Shown here in pieces: positions 26,643-39,670 of a stretch of 64,000 nt of DNA. The stretch is from Mytilus californianus (Eukaryota): NCBI RefSeq assembly GCF_021869535.1, contig NW_026262582.1:28210001-28274000 (forward strand). Direction: 5' to 3'. A model generated the notes under the pieces. The model worked only from the letters and a program-made list of their open reading frames with translations. It was not told the DNA's origin and did no database searches. Both the position numbers and the translations under genes were made by a program. Position 1 is the first letter of the stretch. Each line of letters starts with the position of its first letter.

Positions 26643-26924
26643 AGGTGATGTTTAACTGAACAGTCTTTCTCAATGGTTGATTTGATAATGGACTCCTTGC
26701 CACACACGTATATTCTACGTTATGATCTAGTTTTGTTGGTATTAATGTATACTTAATACTTCGACGTTTACCAGTCTTCACGGTGTTGTTGTTTCGTATG
26801 AGCGATAATGTTACATGAGATCTCCCACTTTGAACCCTGCGTATGATACTTAGTGCAATGTTTTCTGTTCCATGTATTTTATTATCTTTTGTTTCGTTAT
26901 CAAACGTCATATTCGTAGGCAATG
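26643..26924 (-). CDS. Gene B second Ig (C2-like) domain exon
   Basis: 282 nt, phase 1-1; TLPTNMTF...LSIIRRVQSGRS...LDHNVEYTCVARSPLSNQPLRKTVQLNIT. The expected B-strand Cys is Arg (CGC). Confidence 0.8.
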
Positions 26925-27805
26925 CTTAAACATACAAATTCAACAAAAATGTTATTACCCAGCAAGAATTAAGAACAAAACTAATGAACAAAAGAGATTG
27001 TATAGTTAGAGAGCTATGTGTATACTTGATTCGTAATACTAGTAACTCAAACTACGGTTCGCTAACAGATTGGGATTATTTTATTATTATTAACATGATG
27101 ATTAGTGGATCAAGTTTTTATGTTCGAATATTAAATGAAGTTGGCCAAAATGACCATAGCATACATATACTTTTTTTATCTCATGGTCTTACCTTCCTGA
27201 AGAATTAGATGCATTTTAGTGTACAAACGGAGATTTGATTACCTAGAATAAGTAAGGTTTAAAATAAAAGAGGTTTGCATTTTTTGAGCTGTATTAAGTA
27301 CTGAATTGGAAAAACTATATTTGAATGACAAGTATAAAATAGTAACTGATAGCGAACACACTTATGTTTTATTGATATTCATAGAAAATAAAAGTAACTG
27401 TTACATTTACAAATATGTACATCTGTTATTGCGCTAAATATAGAAATATAGAGAATTTTATGACGCTGTTGTTTACAAAGCAAATGCAGCACGTCAGACT
27501 AAAATGTAAGTTAACCGCTTGACTGAATCTTCGATATAATTTAATGACTAGTTCATGTTTATTAAGTTTCCTGGCTACGAAGATTACTTTAACGCAATTT
27601 GAATGATTGACTTCTAAAACATTTTGAATTGTACAGTATCATAATTTTTTTTTCCGATTTAGAAAGAATTAAAACATGATTGTAATAAATTGCAAAGTTT
27701 CTGATGGTCAATTTATTTCGTTTCCTGGTCTTCAGATAAGTGACTGCAATATAACAATTTTTTGACATTTTCTTCTAATTGAAACTTACGTATTTCTTTA
27801 CTTAC

Positions 27806-28072
27806 TTTCCATTTGTAAAGTATAACGTTCAGAATTGCAGTAGTAGAGACCTTCGTCCAAACTAGACGCATTAATTATCTCTAGGTCAAAATTGTTGGTT
27901 TGATTTCTTCTGATGACTTTTAACCAATTGTAATTTTCGTCAGGTTCGTATGTCCAACCCCGTGGGTACGTCGAAAGGTGTGCTGATTTATTCCACCATG
28001 AATATGTACCATCGGATGTATATTTGAGTAACACTGTCGACCCTTCTGGATATAATATAACAGTGGATGCTT
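27806..28072 (-). CDS. Gene B V-type Ig domain exon
   Basis: cttgcag acceptor, gtaagt donor, 267 nt, phase 1-1; ASTVILYPEGSTVLLKYTSDGTYSWW...FDLEIINASSLDEGLYYC. Confidence 0.85.
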
Positions 28073-28326
28073 CTGCAAGATATTTTATACGTTATTGATT
28101 TGATCGAAATAATGTTTTGCATACTGTTATACGTACGGAAGTGCATACCTTACAATATACAATAATATATGAACCTCTTTCTCATACTTTATGTTTGTAA
28201 GCAAACATATGCATTAGATATACCGACTGCATTAGAAACGATCGTTTTCACCAATAATAAAGTGTATGACTACTGTAAATAGTTTTGAAAAGGAAACATT
28301 CTGAAAATACATACTAGACATATTAC

Positions 28327-28660
28327 CTGCTAAATGTAAAAGAGGGACGAAAGATACCAGAGGGACAGTCAAACTCATAGATCGAAAACAAACTGACAAC
28401 GTTATGGCCAAAAATAAAAAGACAAACAGACAAATAATAGTACAGATGACACAACATAGAAAACTAAAGACTAAGCAACACGAACCCCACCAAAAACTGG
28501 GGTGATCTCAGGTGCTCCGGAAGGGTAAGCAGATCCTGCTCCACATGTGGCACCCGTCGTGTTGCTTATGTTATTACAAATCCGGTAAATAGTCTAATTC
28601 GGTAAGTCACAACACAACTGTAGAGAACATCCAAATTCTAAATGGAAACGTTGTCTTCAT
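28327..28660 (-). CDS. Gene B signal-peptide exon, interrupted
   Basis: 28660-28610 gives MKTTFPFRIWMFSTVVL; 28339-28327 gives LHLA+G followed by a gtaata donor. Removing 28340-28609 restores an in-frame signal peptide joining the IgV exon (AEASTV). Confidence 0.75.
28340..28609 (-). mobile_element. 5'-truncated Naiad-type family 2 3' UTR inserted in the signal exon
   Basis: Near-identical to 42655-42926; little decay, suggesting a recent insertion. Confidence 0.85.
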
Positions 28661-31600
28661 TCTTCAATAAATTATATAGATATATTCGTGTATTATTGTA
28701 AGCTGAATGTGTATTGAATATATTTATATTCCCAAACCGCAGGAAAAAAAATTAAAATAACTGTCTGTAATTTAAAATCATTTTGAATTCGATACGTCCA
28801 TAACGAGAAACTTTAAAAATATTATATCACAAGACCAATAAATATGAAAATGAAAAGTTTTAGTTATGATGATAAACAACTGATATCGACAAAACACAAA
28901 TTAAACGGACACCATCACGAATTGATTGACCGATGCAATGTGTCTGTTACTCAACTCAGGAAAGAAACGTTTTCGAGCTTTCAGCTCTTTAATAAGACAC
29001 CAATATAGTCGTATGGTCTGTAAATTAAACGGATTGTCTTCTATAGCCTATCGTGAAATTTTCTAAAGTCTGGAATCGCATGGCAGTTGATAAATGCATT
29101 GCAGAAGACATTTAACCTGTCGTCGAACCGGGTCTCGTTCCGTTTTGCGTTCATGCGATTTCCTCTGTTTTAAATTTACTGACATAGACCTGAGGCAGAC
29201 TATGATTTGCCGTAGTCTGTGGGTTTCAGGCAGGAAAGATTTTGGTGTTCCGTGTATGTTTCGACTGTAAGTGCTAGAAAAATTGACATTTTCTATGATT
29301 TACTGCAGAAAATATATATTTACATACACATTATCTGGGAAAATATCAGTTCAACTGATTTTTATAGTTTGTTGTGATGTAACACCACTGTCCCAGGGTA
29401 GGGGAGGGTTGCGCGCTCACTAACATGTTAAACCCCGCGACATTCTTTGTATGGCTGTCCAAAGTCAGGAGCCTGTATTTCGTTTGGTCATGTCTGTCAT
29501 ATTTGTTTTTCGTAAATTGTTTTGTTATAAATAAGGCTGTTAGTTTTCTCTATTAAAGTGTTTCATATTTATCATGTCGGGGCCTTTTATAGCCGACAAT
29601 AAGGTCTGGGTTTTTCTCATGGTTGAAGGCCGTACGGTTGGCTATAATTGCGTACATCCACATCATTTTAACATTGATTGATAGACGTCTCATTGGCCAT
29701 CATACACATCTCCTTATTTTTATATTTAGATGAGTTGGAAATAATGAGACATTGGTCCAGAGTTAAATTCAAATCCAGGAAAATTAAGAAGTTTGGTGGT
29801 GAAGGAAGGCGAAATGAAAATCTTTTGAGTTACCAACGGAAAGGTTGAACAAGTTAATTGTTTTGGGGAGTTTTGATGCTACAAAAGCAGACAGTGAACA
29901 CACAAACAGCAATTGGATGATTGGCTGTTGACAAAAATTACCTGGGTCTTTATATCTATTGACCTCCATACAATTTCTTAGAAAAGCGCATAAGACTCAC
30001 CAAATTCTATATTCAATAATTGGCTCCCGAAAGTTGTTGCTTTAGTCAAACAAGTGGATTGTGCATGTTGTTTTTTTTTTTTTTTTTGTATTTTTCATCA
30101 TGAAACTGAAAACATTTCGGCAATCGGGTATACAAAAATCCTGGAGTGATGTGCTTCTATTATGTTGAGATCAGATACAAATTTGCAGGAAATCGTATGA
30201 TTATTACGTTATAGGAAAATCCCGAAAAGAAGATTTCGCGTCTCAATGTTGTTGAAGATTATTCGGGGCCAAAGCATATAGATCGAAATCAACCCTTCTA
30301 CAATTTTTATGCTCCCAAATGAACATCAAAACATTTATAAAATTCATGCATTTCTCCAGTATTTGATAAAATAAAATCAAAACGGTGTACCATTTCACAG
30401 TGCAGGTAAAAATTTAGAAGAAAAGTTTTCCCATGCGTATTTGAATTTATACATTATTTTAATTAGATTTTTTGTTGTTTTTTATTCATGCACATTGTTA
30501 CATTATATATCGAATGTTGACGACTGTTTCAATCTAGTCATTTCAGAAACATATTGTAATACTTCAATCCCCACTTTCAGTTACAATTCCACAAGTACCA
30601 TTCCATTTAGAATTTTTGTCATTTCAAACACAACAAAAACTCAAAATTTTGTCATTTGATAAAATATATCTTATTGCTTACATCCTGAAAATTTATCATG
30701 ACCGTTTATTTTAAAATTGTATGGTAAAAATAGTTCCAATAGGGCAAAACAGTTTGTATAAAAAGCTTTTGAAAGGTATTTGATATATATTAACATGTAA
30801 ACTTACTCTTCTTTTAACGTTTAAGATGGATTTCATACATGAGGGAGTAGAAGGGTTTACAAAATAGAGAATAACGGGCATATAAAACAAAATAAACAAA
30901 CAATACCATAAAACATTAGATAAAAAAACAAAAGACTAGACAATGAAAACCCCACCAAAGTCTTTGAGTGGTCTGGTGTGTTCCGTAAATGTTAGCAGAT
31001 CCTGCCCAACTTGTAACATCAGGGTCAAATGTCGACGTTAAATGCAAGTTTGTCCTTCAAATCATAGGCTTCAAGTTAAACCGCTTACTTACAAATACCA
31101 ACCAAGAGCAATTTCCATGCTAACTTTGTAATAATAAATTGAAACTCCAAAACTTACCTGATTACTAATATTTAGTTGAACAACACAATAACTTCTTATT
31201 CGGATGAACACGAAAATAGCTTATCGCTTTATAATATCTTTGATGTAATTCATGTATTCATATATCAAAATTGTAAAATTCCAAATAAATTCCCCACTAG
31301 AAAAAGCGCCTTACAATCCGGAAAGATAACAATAACCTAATTCAAGTCTTTCCTTTCTAAGATGTGTTGAATAGAAGATAAAAATCTTAACATTTCTAAA
31401 TCTGAAGTCAATTCTTCTATAAATGAAAAAATATAAATAATTGAAGTGTTCTCCCAGTCAGAAGGACTTTGATTCTTATGTTTTCAAAATAAACCATGTT
31501 AATATAATCGTTAGTTGTTTTGAATTAAACTTGAAAAAACGTTATTTTGCAAATTTCGATATTTAAAGCCATTGGCAATGACAAAATTGAACACGTAGGT

Positions 31601-34377
31601 GTATTTTGTTTCAGTCGTAAATATATTTTGAAAAAATGAAATGTCAAAAAGAATTCAATATCGGTCAAAGTTACATATCTTTACCTAGATACTGACCTAC
31701 TCCCTATGCAATAACTAACATCTGTAATATACGATTAAAAAATCGCCTTTTTCCGCAAATATAACAGAAAACATGGAATACAGCTCAAAGTGACATATAT
31801 TTTGCTTGGATACGTGCCTGTTCACAAAGATTCATTTTTACAAATGTACGGATGATGCTCTAACCGAGATTTGAACTTGACCATTAAACGTAAAGGTCAC
31901 AGAAGTATGACATCTGACATGTTGAAATACTTATTCCTGTTACTAGCTTTTTATTTTGCTTCCCTAAAGTAGAAAAACGTCTTTATCAATTTTGCTGCAC
32001 TATATTTTTTTTTTCGTTCAAGATCAGAACACAATTCCCGTTTAAAACAGGGGATGAACTTGGGTGTTGACAAACTGACAACATCATGCAAAAAAAAACC
32101 GCAAAAATACCAACAGAAAACATCACCATGCAAACCACAACATAGTAAACTAAGAACTGAGCGACACCAAGCCCACCAAAACAATTATTAAAAACAAATT
32201 GGCCTGCAACGCTAGTGTTACCCATAATATTGCACATTGATGTATAACTCAACGTATATCAAATTTCACTTGCATTCAGTGAGAAATGGAATAAACGAGG
32301 ACATGAGAAAAGGTATGATATTATAAGAAATATAACAATTCCACGGTTTTCTGTGATACAAACATTCCGTAAAGGTATTTCAAATAATTATGACGCATGT
32401 AAAACTATCGAAATTTTGATTCGTTCCTTGAAAGGAACAACATTAAGCTTCTATCGAGGAACTCGCAGTTTAAAACGCAAGTTCTGGATTATCGTACCTA
32501 CTAAGAGATACATATTTCGCATACATTTGCTTCCTAAAACTCGAAATTGAAAATAAATGTTTCATCCTATGTTGTACAGTTTGGTATATCAGCTGAACAT
32601 CGTTGTCGATTTCAAGGTAAAATTCAAGGTATGACTTATATCTTTAGTTAACTGTTTAATATATTTCATTTCAAGGTAGGTGGCGACAGATGCTATCAAT
32701 TTAGTAAGCAAAGTAAGTCATGGTTACAAAGTTACAGACGAAAGATATGTACATGTAGCTGTCGTTCCTTCTTGTGGAAATACCCTGTATAAAGTCTATT
32801 TTATGCAACAAAGAAACATGTCGACAATCATTGTATAGCTTGTTATTTAACCTTTCAACTTGAATGACTCGAGCGTCAATGATAAGTAGCGTGTAGACAA
32901 CACGCGCGTTTTGCGTACAAAATAATAAGCCTGGTAGTTTTCTTTTATCTATAAGTGATAATCATATCTACCAATATATTACTAAAAATACATACAAGTT
33001 TTGTCTTTAGTTTTGATAATTGTTGTTGTCAGTACTTTAAGTAATTTTGTGCTGAAGACATATCTTTTTGCATTTAAATCTATTCAAAACCTGTATAGAC
33101 ATGGGGCACGTTTAAGCTTGACCTATGGTATAGACATCTATTGATCTCCAAATGTCATTTTTTATATCACTCAATGAAGTGAAGACCACCTTTTCCCTTT
33201 TTATTATAATTATCCTGTTAATCTAATATAAAGCTATGTTTAGAATGAACTCGCTTTTCATTCTTTTACAATTGTCCATCACAACTGAGTTTTATTTTCC
33301 CTTTATAACAAGCCATGGTGTTGTGCCGGGAGCTGTAAGAAAAAATATTAAAACAAATAAAATAAAGTTCTGCTACATTTAGTTGCCAAAGTCAAGAATA
33401 TTCTTATTGAAATAATATATTGCTTAAAGGTCTTTTGTCCTTTAAAATGCAATATTTCAGTTAATATTTTGTAATTATTGTTGGCCCATTGTATTGGAAA
33501 TTACTTGAAAAAAGAAGAAAAAGAGATAGAAGAAGGTTCACTGCGCGTATTTCATCAGTTATAATGTATTTCTTCAGTCAGTGTTAATTTCTGTAAAAAG
33601 ATTTAAATATAACGGTCCTCTTCGAAGGTTTAATGGACGTCATCATGATTTTGTTGACCATTATTGAATATATGTGTCTTAGTTAATAATTACTATATAT
33701 TTCATTTCTGGTGGTCACAAGTCTGTCCTCCTTTCTTTGATTATTACATCACTAAATGTGACTCCTCATCTGAATTTTTTTATCACAAGCAATACGATTA
33801 GAATTAGATGAAATTGACTCAATAAAAGTCTTCATTTATCTAAAACTATAGAAACAAAGTGTAATTTTAGTTATATCCTTTGACCTATTGACCTATTGAA
33901 TAAATAGGTCCGTTCATTTAACTCCTCGGTTGGTTTACCTCAGTAAGAATCAATAACTACTATACGTTATGTTTTGTTATTGAAATCGTGATTTTGATAA
34001 CTCATTACTTAAAATTTATTAAATTTTGTGTACAAACTATCGATGTTGTTTATTTATAAAACTAGTCGAATATGAAGAAATTCAATAATTTCAGACATTC
34101 GAACCTCAAAAATATTTGAAATTTTCTCGATATATGGATTAATCAAAACATACGAAAGCAAAAAAAAAATCCAAGTTGATGAAAATTTAACTTTTTTGTT
34201 TCAAATATGACTGAAAAGGAAATGAACTGTTTTAAAGATGAAATAAATTTTTAGTTAAAATAAAACCAAATGACAAACATTATTACAAGAGTTCTATAAT
34301 TTGATATATTATAGAGACTTTATATTAACTTTGCCGATATGAAAATTTTAAAAATTGGTTCTCAAGCATCTACTTAC

Positions 34378-34541
34378 TTTGTGTTTGGGACAAATCTATC
34401 TGGAGTTCACATCTGTCCCCAGTAGTTATAATAGATCCATGTGGAGAACTCTGACAGTAACATGAGTAAGTCTGACCTTTTTTACACACAAACCACCGTT
34501 CAGGCAAGGTGAGCTTTGACATGGATCATTGTTGTTTGTTC
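34378..34541 (-). CDS. Gene C second EGF-like exon with 1-nt frameshift
   Basis: ttccacag acceptor, gtaagt donor, 164 nt (3n-1); GTNNNDPCQSSPCLNGGLCVKK/GQTYSCYCQSSPHGSIITTGDRCELQIDLSQTQ; paralog of the intact exon 53248-53409. Confidence 0.8.
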
Positions 34542-34778
34542 CTGTGGAAATATACTTTGGCATTGCACAAGGTCAGGTTTTTCTCTAACTGTTCGTGACG
34601 TCTTTACACTAAATCCATTGGATGTTGGATGTGTACTGATTGATATTTTAGTCTTAGCTACATGATTATTTTTATTTGTTGTTATTGGCTTTGAACTAGC
34701 TGTCAGTAACTTTTTTTGTTTTTTTTTTTTGTTTTTTTGTTTTTTTTTTGTTGGGGTGGGGGGGATGGGGGGGGGTTA

Positions 34779-35113
34779 AAGTCCATTTATTTGTTTTCTA
34801 GTCTTTATAAAACATCTTACGTGTCAGATAGTGTAAGTAGATGATGGTTGTATTGTTGGATGATTCTATGATCTTTAAAGTACAAATATCCATTTCCGTA
34901 ATGGGGTTTAGAGATAGGATTTGCAGGAATTTACTGTAAAGTCCATTTATTTGTTACTAAACTTTTAAAAGTCTTTATAAAACATTTTATTTAAGTTATC
35001 AGATAGTGTAAGTAGATAATGGTTGTATTGTTGGATGATTCTATGATCTTTAAAGTTCAAATATCACTTTCGGTCAGGTGATTAGAGATAGGATTTGCAG
35101 GAATTTACTGTAA
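34779..35113. repeat. Local tandem duplication, about 160-bp unit x2
   Basis: GTCCATTTATTTGTT at 34781 and 34941, each followed by near-identical sequence to GGAATTTACTGTAA; preceded by T and G tracts. Confidence 0.8.
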
Positions 35114-35860
35114 ATGATTTGGCTACCCAATTTGTCCTTTTGGGTTAGGATCCAACTACACCTCCCAAATATTCCAAATATTTTGAGGACTTTCGTGCTT
35201 AAATTCATGTGGTCTTAACCGAACTTCCTTTTTCAGAATGGCGAAATTATAATCTGTGAATAAGTTTATAATTTGTAAGTAATATATGTCAAGTTCTTAT
35301 TAATATGCGGTAAACTTTGTTATTTTTTTTTTTCTTTGCTTATTAAAGCTGCCGCCGTGAAATTATACAGGTGTTTGAAAATATGGGTTAAACGCTGTCA
35401 ATTAAAATACATCTTGTTAAATGTTATGGGATACGATTATACTAATTTGTGAACGTGTCATAACTTACGTTCGGTAGGAATAACGCTGTGTTTCAGATCT
35501 CAAATTATCATTATATACGTAATTGGACAATCACTAACGCTTTATCACTCTTTCTTGAAAATTGAATGATTAACGTAAACATTCATAGACACACAAAGTC
35601 AAGCATTGGCGAAATTCGAAACAGTGGTGCCGTTTTTTCTGCTATGTATTATATGCAATGCGATACTTGACTTGTGGCTTTTGAATTAAGTGTAGCGATT
35701 GATTTTGCTGCTATTTCGGAGTTGCCAACTTTTGCACAACTAAAGAAGGTTATACCACACAAGGAGATGAAAAAACCTAAGTCGTTTTTAAAATTTGATA
35801 AATGTTATCTTACACAGAATGAAGTTCCAGAGCTCGTTTTCATTATTACTTTAAACATAC

Positions 35861-35965
35861 CCAATGCTTGTTTCAATGTTGTCGATGATGGTCCATTTGT
35901 AGTTGTAGCGTCAGTAGATTGCATTGTATGTACTGTTGTTTGTGGTATATTAGTCGTTTGGTGTG
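35861..35965 (-). CDS. Gene C Thr-rich linker exon
   Basis: 105 nt, phase 1-1; HQTTNIPQTTVHTMQSTDATTTNGPSSTTLKQAL; acceptor context homologous to 54143. Confidence 0.75.
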
Positions 35966-36915
35966 CTTAAGTAAATGTAAACAATGTTCACTTTAATTTA
36001 TTATCATAACTGAGTTGATTATATATTTGATCCATCACTACTTAAAGTTTTTCATACTCATACTTCTTTATTAATAAATTTGAAAGGATATCTTAAAACA
36101 TAAATGTTTTTCTCCCGTTTTGCAGGAAAGATATCAAAAGAAAAACCCCTAATTGACTGTGAACGCACAATGTATTCAAACAAAATGCAGAAGTAGATAT
36201 GCTCGATTCAACAACTGTTACCACCAATTAGTTTAGTTAAATGTTTCTAATAAAGAGTTGGCATATCATATAGGTACTTAATGTACACAGAAACTTGCTG
36301 ACTTGATCATGAAGCATTCGAACAAGTAATATGCAGTTGGACCATTTCTCAAGTACGCCTTTGGTAAATAAATATAATCCTTATCACTAATGAAAAAAGA
36401 GATAGAATCGACGTCTTAGGTGTTGAAATAACTTTTAAATGTAGGAAATAATCGACATGGCTAACATCTCCTGGATATTTGGATAATCAGTTATAAACAT
36501 CTGAATCCTGCTGCGCAAAATTGCTATATAACAGGAATATTCTCTAAGTAGTTATGTTTAGTTTTCGGTGTACTTTATTTGCGTATGTTGTTCTTATATC
36601 AAATGTTATGAATTTGGAGAAGGATCTGCTTCCAGAGCACCGGTGATCACCCCGGTGATATTGGTGGGGTTCGTGTTGCTCAGTCTTTAGTTTTCTATGT
36701 TGTGTTTTGTGTACTATTGTTTGTTCTTTTCGTCGATTTCGGTTTTTGCCATGGCATTGTCAGTTTGTTTTCGATTTATGAGTTTGAATATCCCTTTGAT
36801 ATCTTTCACCTCTCTTTTCTCTTCTTCATAAAAGCGTGAGTCAATATAATGAATGTGCTTGAGAGAATAATGAATAATTCGTTGTCTGTTACTAATGTTC
36901 AGCTTTCATACTTAC

Positions 36916-37098
36916 AGAAGTTATATTTGAAACCAACTTCGCAACTAAGTCCGATATATATCTCATAGTGCGTTGGAGTATATTTAGTTTTACAGAAACA
37001 CTGGTAAGAACTGACTTTGTTCCTACATTCTCCTCCGTTCTGACAAGGGGAACTGCGACAATGATCTATCACTGTTGTTGTTGGCAATGTACTGGTTT
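36916..37098 (-). CDS. Gene C first EGF-like exon
   Basis: 183 nt, phase 1-1; DHCRSSPCQNGGECRNKVSSYQCFC...GLSCE, six EGF cysteines. Confidence 0.85.
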
Positions 37099-37904
37099 CT
37101 GGAATAAAAATAATTACTACAAGTAACAGTCAGAAATGCACAGCTTTATTTTATATTCTTTAACAGAATTATTCTTTGACGAGAGAAGACTAAACATTTG
37201 GTTTGTCATAAAAAAAATTCTGGCTAAACATCTGTCTATTTACCGAAAAAATAGCTGTATTCATGTACTTTTACTTGTGCTTTGATTAATTTTTGTTAAC
37301 AAAATTTGTGATTGTATATTATATCCAAAACAGAACTAGCGTTTAATATTTAGCGTCAAATTTCACTAGTGTGTTACGAGAGGTTAAAAGGGTATTTCAA
37401 ACCGAAAATGTCGTTAATTCGTCCGTAAATTCGGTAGATACACATTTTTTTATTTTCCAGAATCTCAGAATTCAATGAAATTGCTTCAAGGCATACAATA
37501 ATGACCTGTGTCAAACTGTGTCAGGTCATTATTTACCATAAAAAGGAGCCGTAGGGCGTGTTAATACATAACCGCTTAAGAAAAGAATATCCCACTTCAA
37601 TGTGATAGGTAAAATAGGATTAATGTCTGAAAATCTTTGCCGAAAATTGTATTTATTTTGTATATATACAAGTCAGATAATGAACAAGTCTAATTGAAAA
37701 CAACGTTCAAACCTATGATTGCGTTGGATAAAAACCGCAATTTTTATACGTGTGCATGCAAAACAAATTTCTTGGTAGAGGGGTCTAAATACAGCACAAA
37801 CTGTGTATTTTAATGTTTTAATTTCTTGTCCTATAACACAATTGAGTCACCCTCTTTAAATGAAGTCAATATCATTATTAATATTGTTAAAACTAACAGT
37901 GCAT

Positions 37905-38360
37905 ATCCCAGGAATAGATATCCTAGAATAGAGAATATAAACGGGTAAGATATCAAAAAGACGACAACCCAACCAAATGGCAGAAAACCGCCCAAGGCCT
38001 CCAATGGGTCTTTAACGCAGCGGAAATTCCTGCACCAGGAGGCGGGCTTCAGCTGGCCCCTAAACAATAATGCATACTAGTTCAGCAAAATGAACGCCAT
38101 ATTTAACACCGAAGCATATATAAATGAACAAAATATTAAAAAAAACACGCAATACTAACAAAGGCTACGGGTTCTTGACTTGGGACAGGCCAAAAACGCG
38201 ACGGGTTAAACATGATTTGAAACTTTATATGGCAAATCCTTGCGGAATTTTGGGTCCTCAATGCTCTACAAGTTCGTACTTTATTTTGGCCTTTTAACTT
38301 TTTATTATTCGAGAGTCTTTTGTTGCAAAACGTGCGTCTGCCGTACAAAATTATAATCCT
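37905..38360 (+). mobile_element. Decayed family 1 retrozyme interrupted by a Naiad family 1 UTR fragment (about 37927-38220, opposite strand)
   Basis: TATCCCAGGAATAGAT at about 37905 resumes as ...GGCAAA..TTTTGGGTCCTCAATGCTC after 38222; the hammerhead CTGATG core is deleted. Confidence 0.6.
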
Positions 38361-38867
38361 GGTATCTTTAGTGAGTTTGTTTTACTATACTACAGACGAA
38401 CACAGGTTTTATTTTGGTAAATCTAATAAAAAAAACTTACAACTAAGCAGATCATATTTGTTTGACTTAAAGAGTAAAATTTTTGCATTTTCAAAAAACA
38501 TGTGTTACTGCATAAAGTTACTTGTGACTTGTCTGGGCAGCTATCTGAAACTGGTATTTGATCAGGTTTTTTTTCAGTTTGATGGATTACATGTTTACCG
38601 ATTACTTTAAAACAGATCGATCGAGGAATCTCACTGTAAGGTCGAGACAAGGACGCTGAGGCTGAGCAAGTTATATTCCTGAATTGGCACATTGTGTTTT
38701 ACTCTTCGATATGTTCTGCAAACCAACTTTACTCTCATTTTATTTCAAAATAAAAAAAACGTATTCTATTTTACATGAACCTATTTCTTTATCTGCTTCG
38801 AAGACGTATATCAACGTAAAACCAAGATTTCAAATCTCTTTACTTAATTTTTTAAGTGCATACATAC

Positions 38868-38942
38868 CAGTTCTGTTGTTGGAGCACATGAGCTCCTTAC
38901 ATTGTTCACATGGTGAAACGTCGAAGCAGGTTTGCGTGGTAT
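38868..38942 (-). CDS. Gene C small Cys-rich exon
   Basis: attttcag acceptor, gtatgt donor, 75 nt, phase 1-1; DTTQTCFDVSPCEQCKELMCSNNRT. Confidence 0.55.
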
Positions 38943-39670
38943 CTGAAAATATGATAATCTATTTGCTAGAACAAACTAATGTGTAATATTAAACTAAATG
39001 CATGAGGTTATCGTCATTTGTGTTTTTATTGTACTTTTAACCATATGATTTAGGTAAAATTAAGGTTTTGTTATATTACTCGAAGGTGTCCGAGGCAAAC
39101 GCGGATATAAAAAACAGCTGATGAACAATACAAGAAATAACGCCAACAAAGTTATTTAGAAAGGGATGGATTTCAAATCAATTCATCAGTATAATAGAAT
39201 AAAATACCTAATTAGACTTATCAGCGGATTTGCATTTCATTGAGCAATACGACGAACCACCTGAAATCACCCCCAGTTTTTGGCGTGGTTCTTGTTGCCT
39301 AATCTTAAGATTTCTATGTTATGTTTTGTTCACTTTGTTTTCGACTTATGATTTGGTACCTTTCGTCTCTATTTTACAATATCATCGTATGTGTTTCAGA
39401 AGACCTTTGATATATTATACAATGATGATATTCTATGCATTTACAGGTAATAAGACAACCACCTAGCCATTAATAAATCTTTTATCTAAAGTTTATTTTT
39501 TTAATTTGCTTCTAAATATATCTCATATTATATGTCTAGACATAAAGAGATGTTTTATGATTGCCAATGAGACAACTATCCACTAGATTTGGAGCTATTT
39601 TCCTAATGCATGTAGTTTACATGTCTGGTTGGCTGGCTTGCTTACTTTGTTTGTATGAATGTTTGCTCAA

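Larger units (their letters stand above)
17076..28660 (-). pseudogene. Gene B: Ig-superfamily single-pass receptor (signal-IgV-IgC2-Ig-TM-Tyr-motif tail), apparently disrupted
   Basis: Seven coding exons with canonical splice sites. The signal exon is split by a retroelement giving a premature TGA, and Ig2 lacks its B-strand Cys. One phase 1-2 linking exon between 21960 and 18894 was not identified. Confidence 0.6.

Noticed and set aside
35649-35776. Possible TM-like terminal exon of gene C (GFFISLCGITFFSC...)
   Set aside because: Weak acceptor; the homologous segment in D stops after 12 codons; an EGF exon follows in both genes.
35674-35970. Plus-strand 98-aa ORF with a hydrophobic end
   Set aside because: Antisense shadow of the Thr-rich exon.
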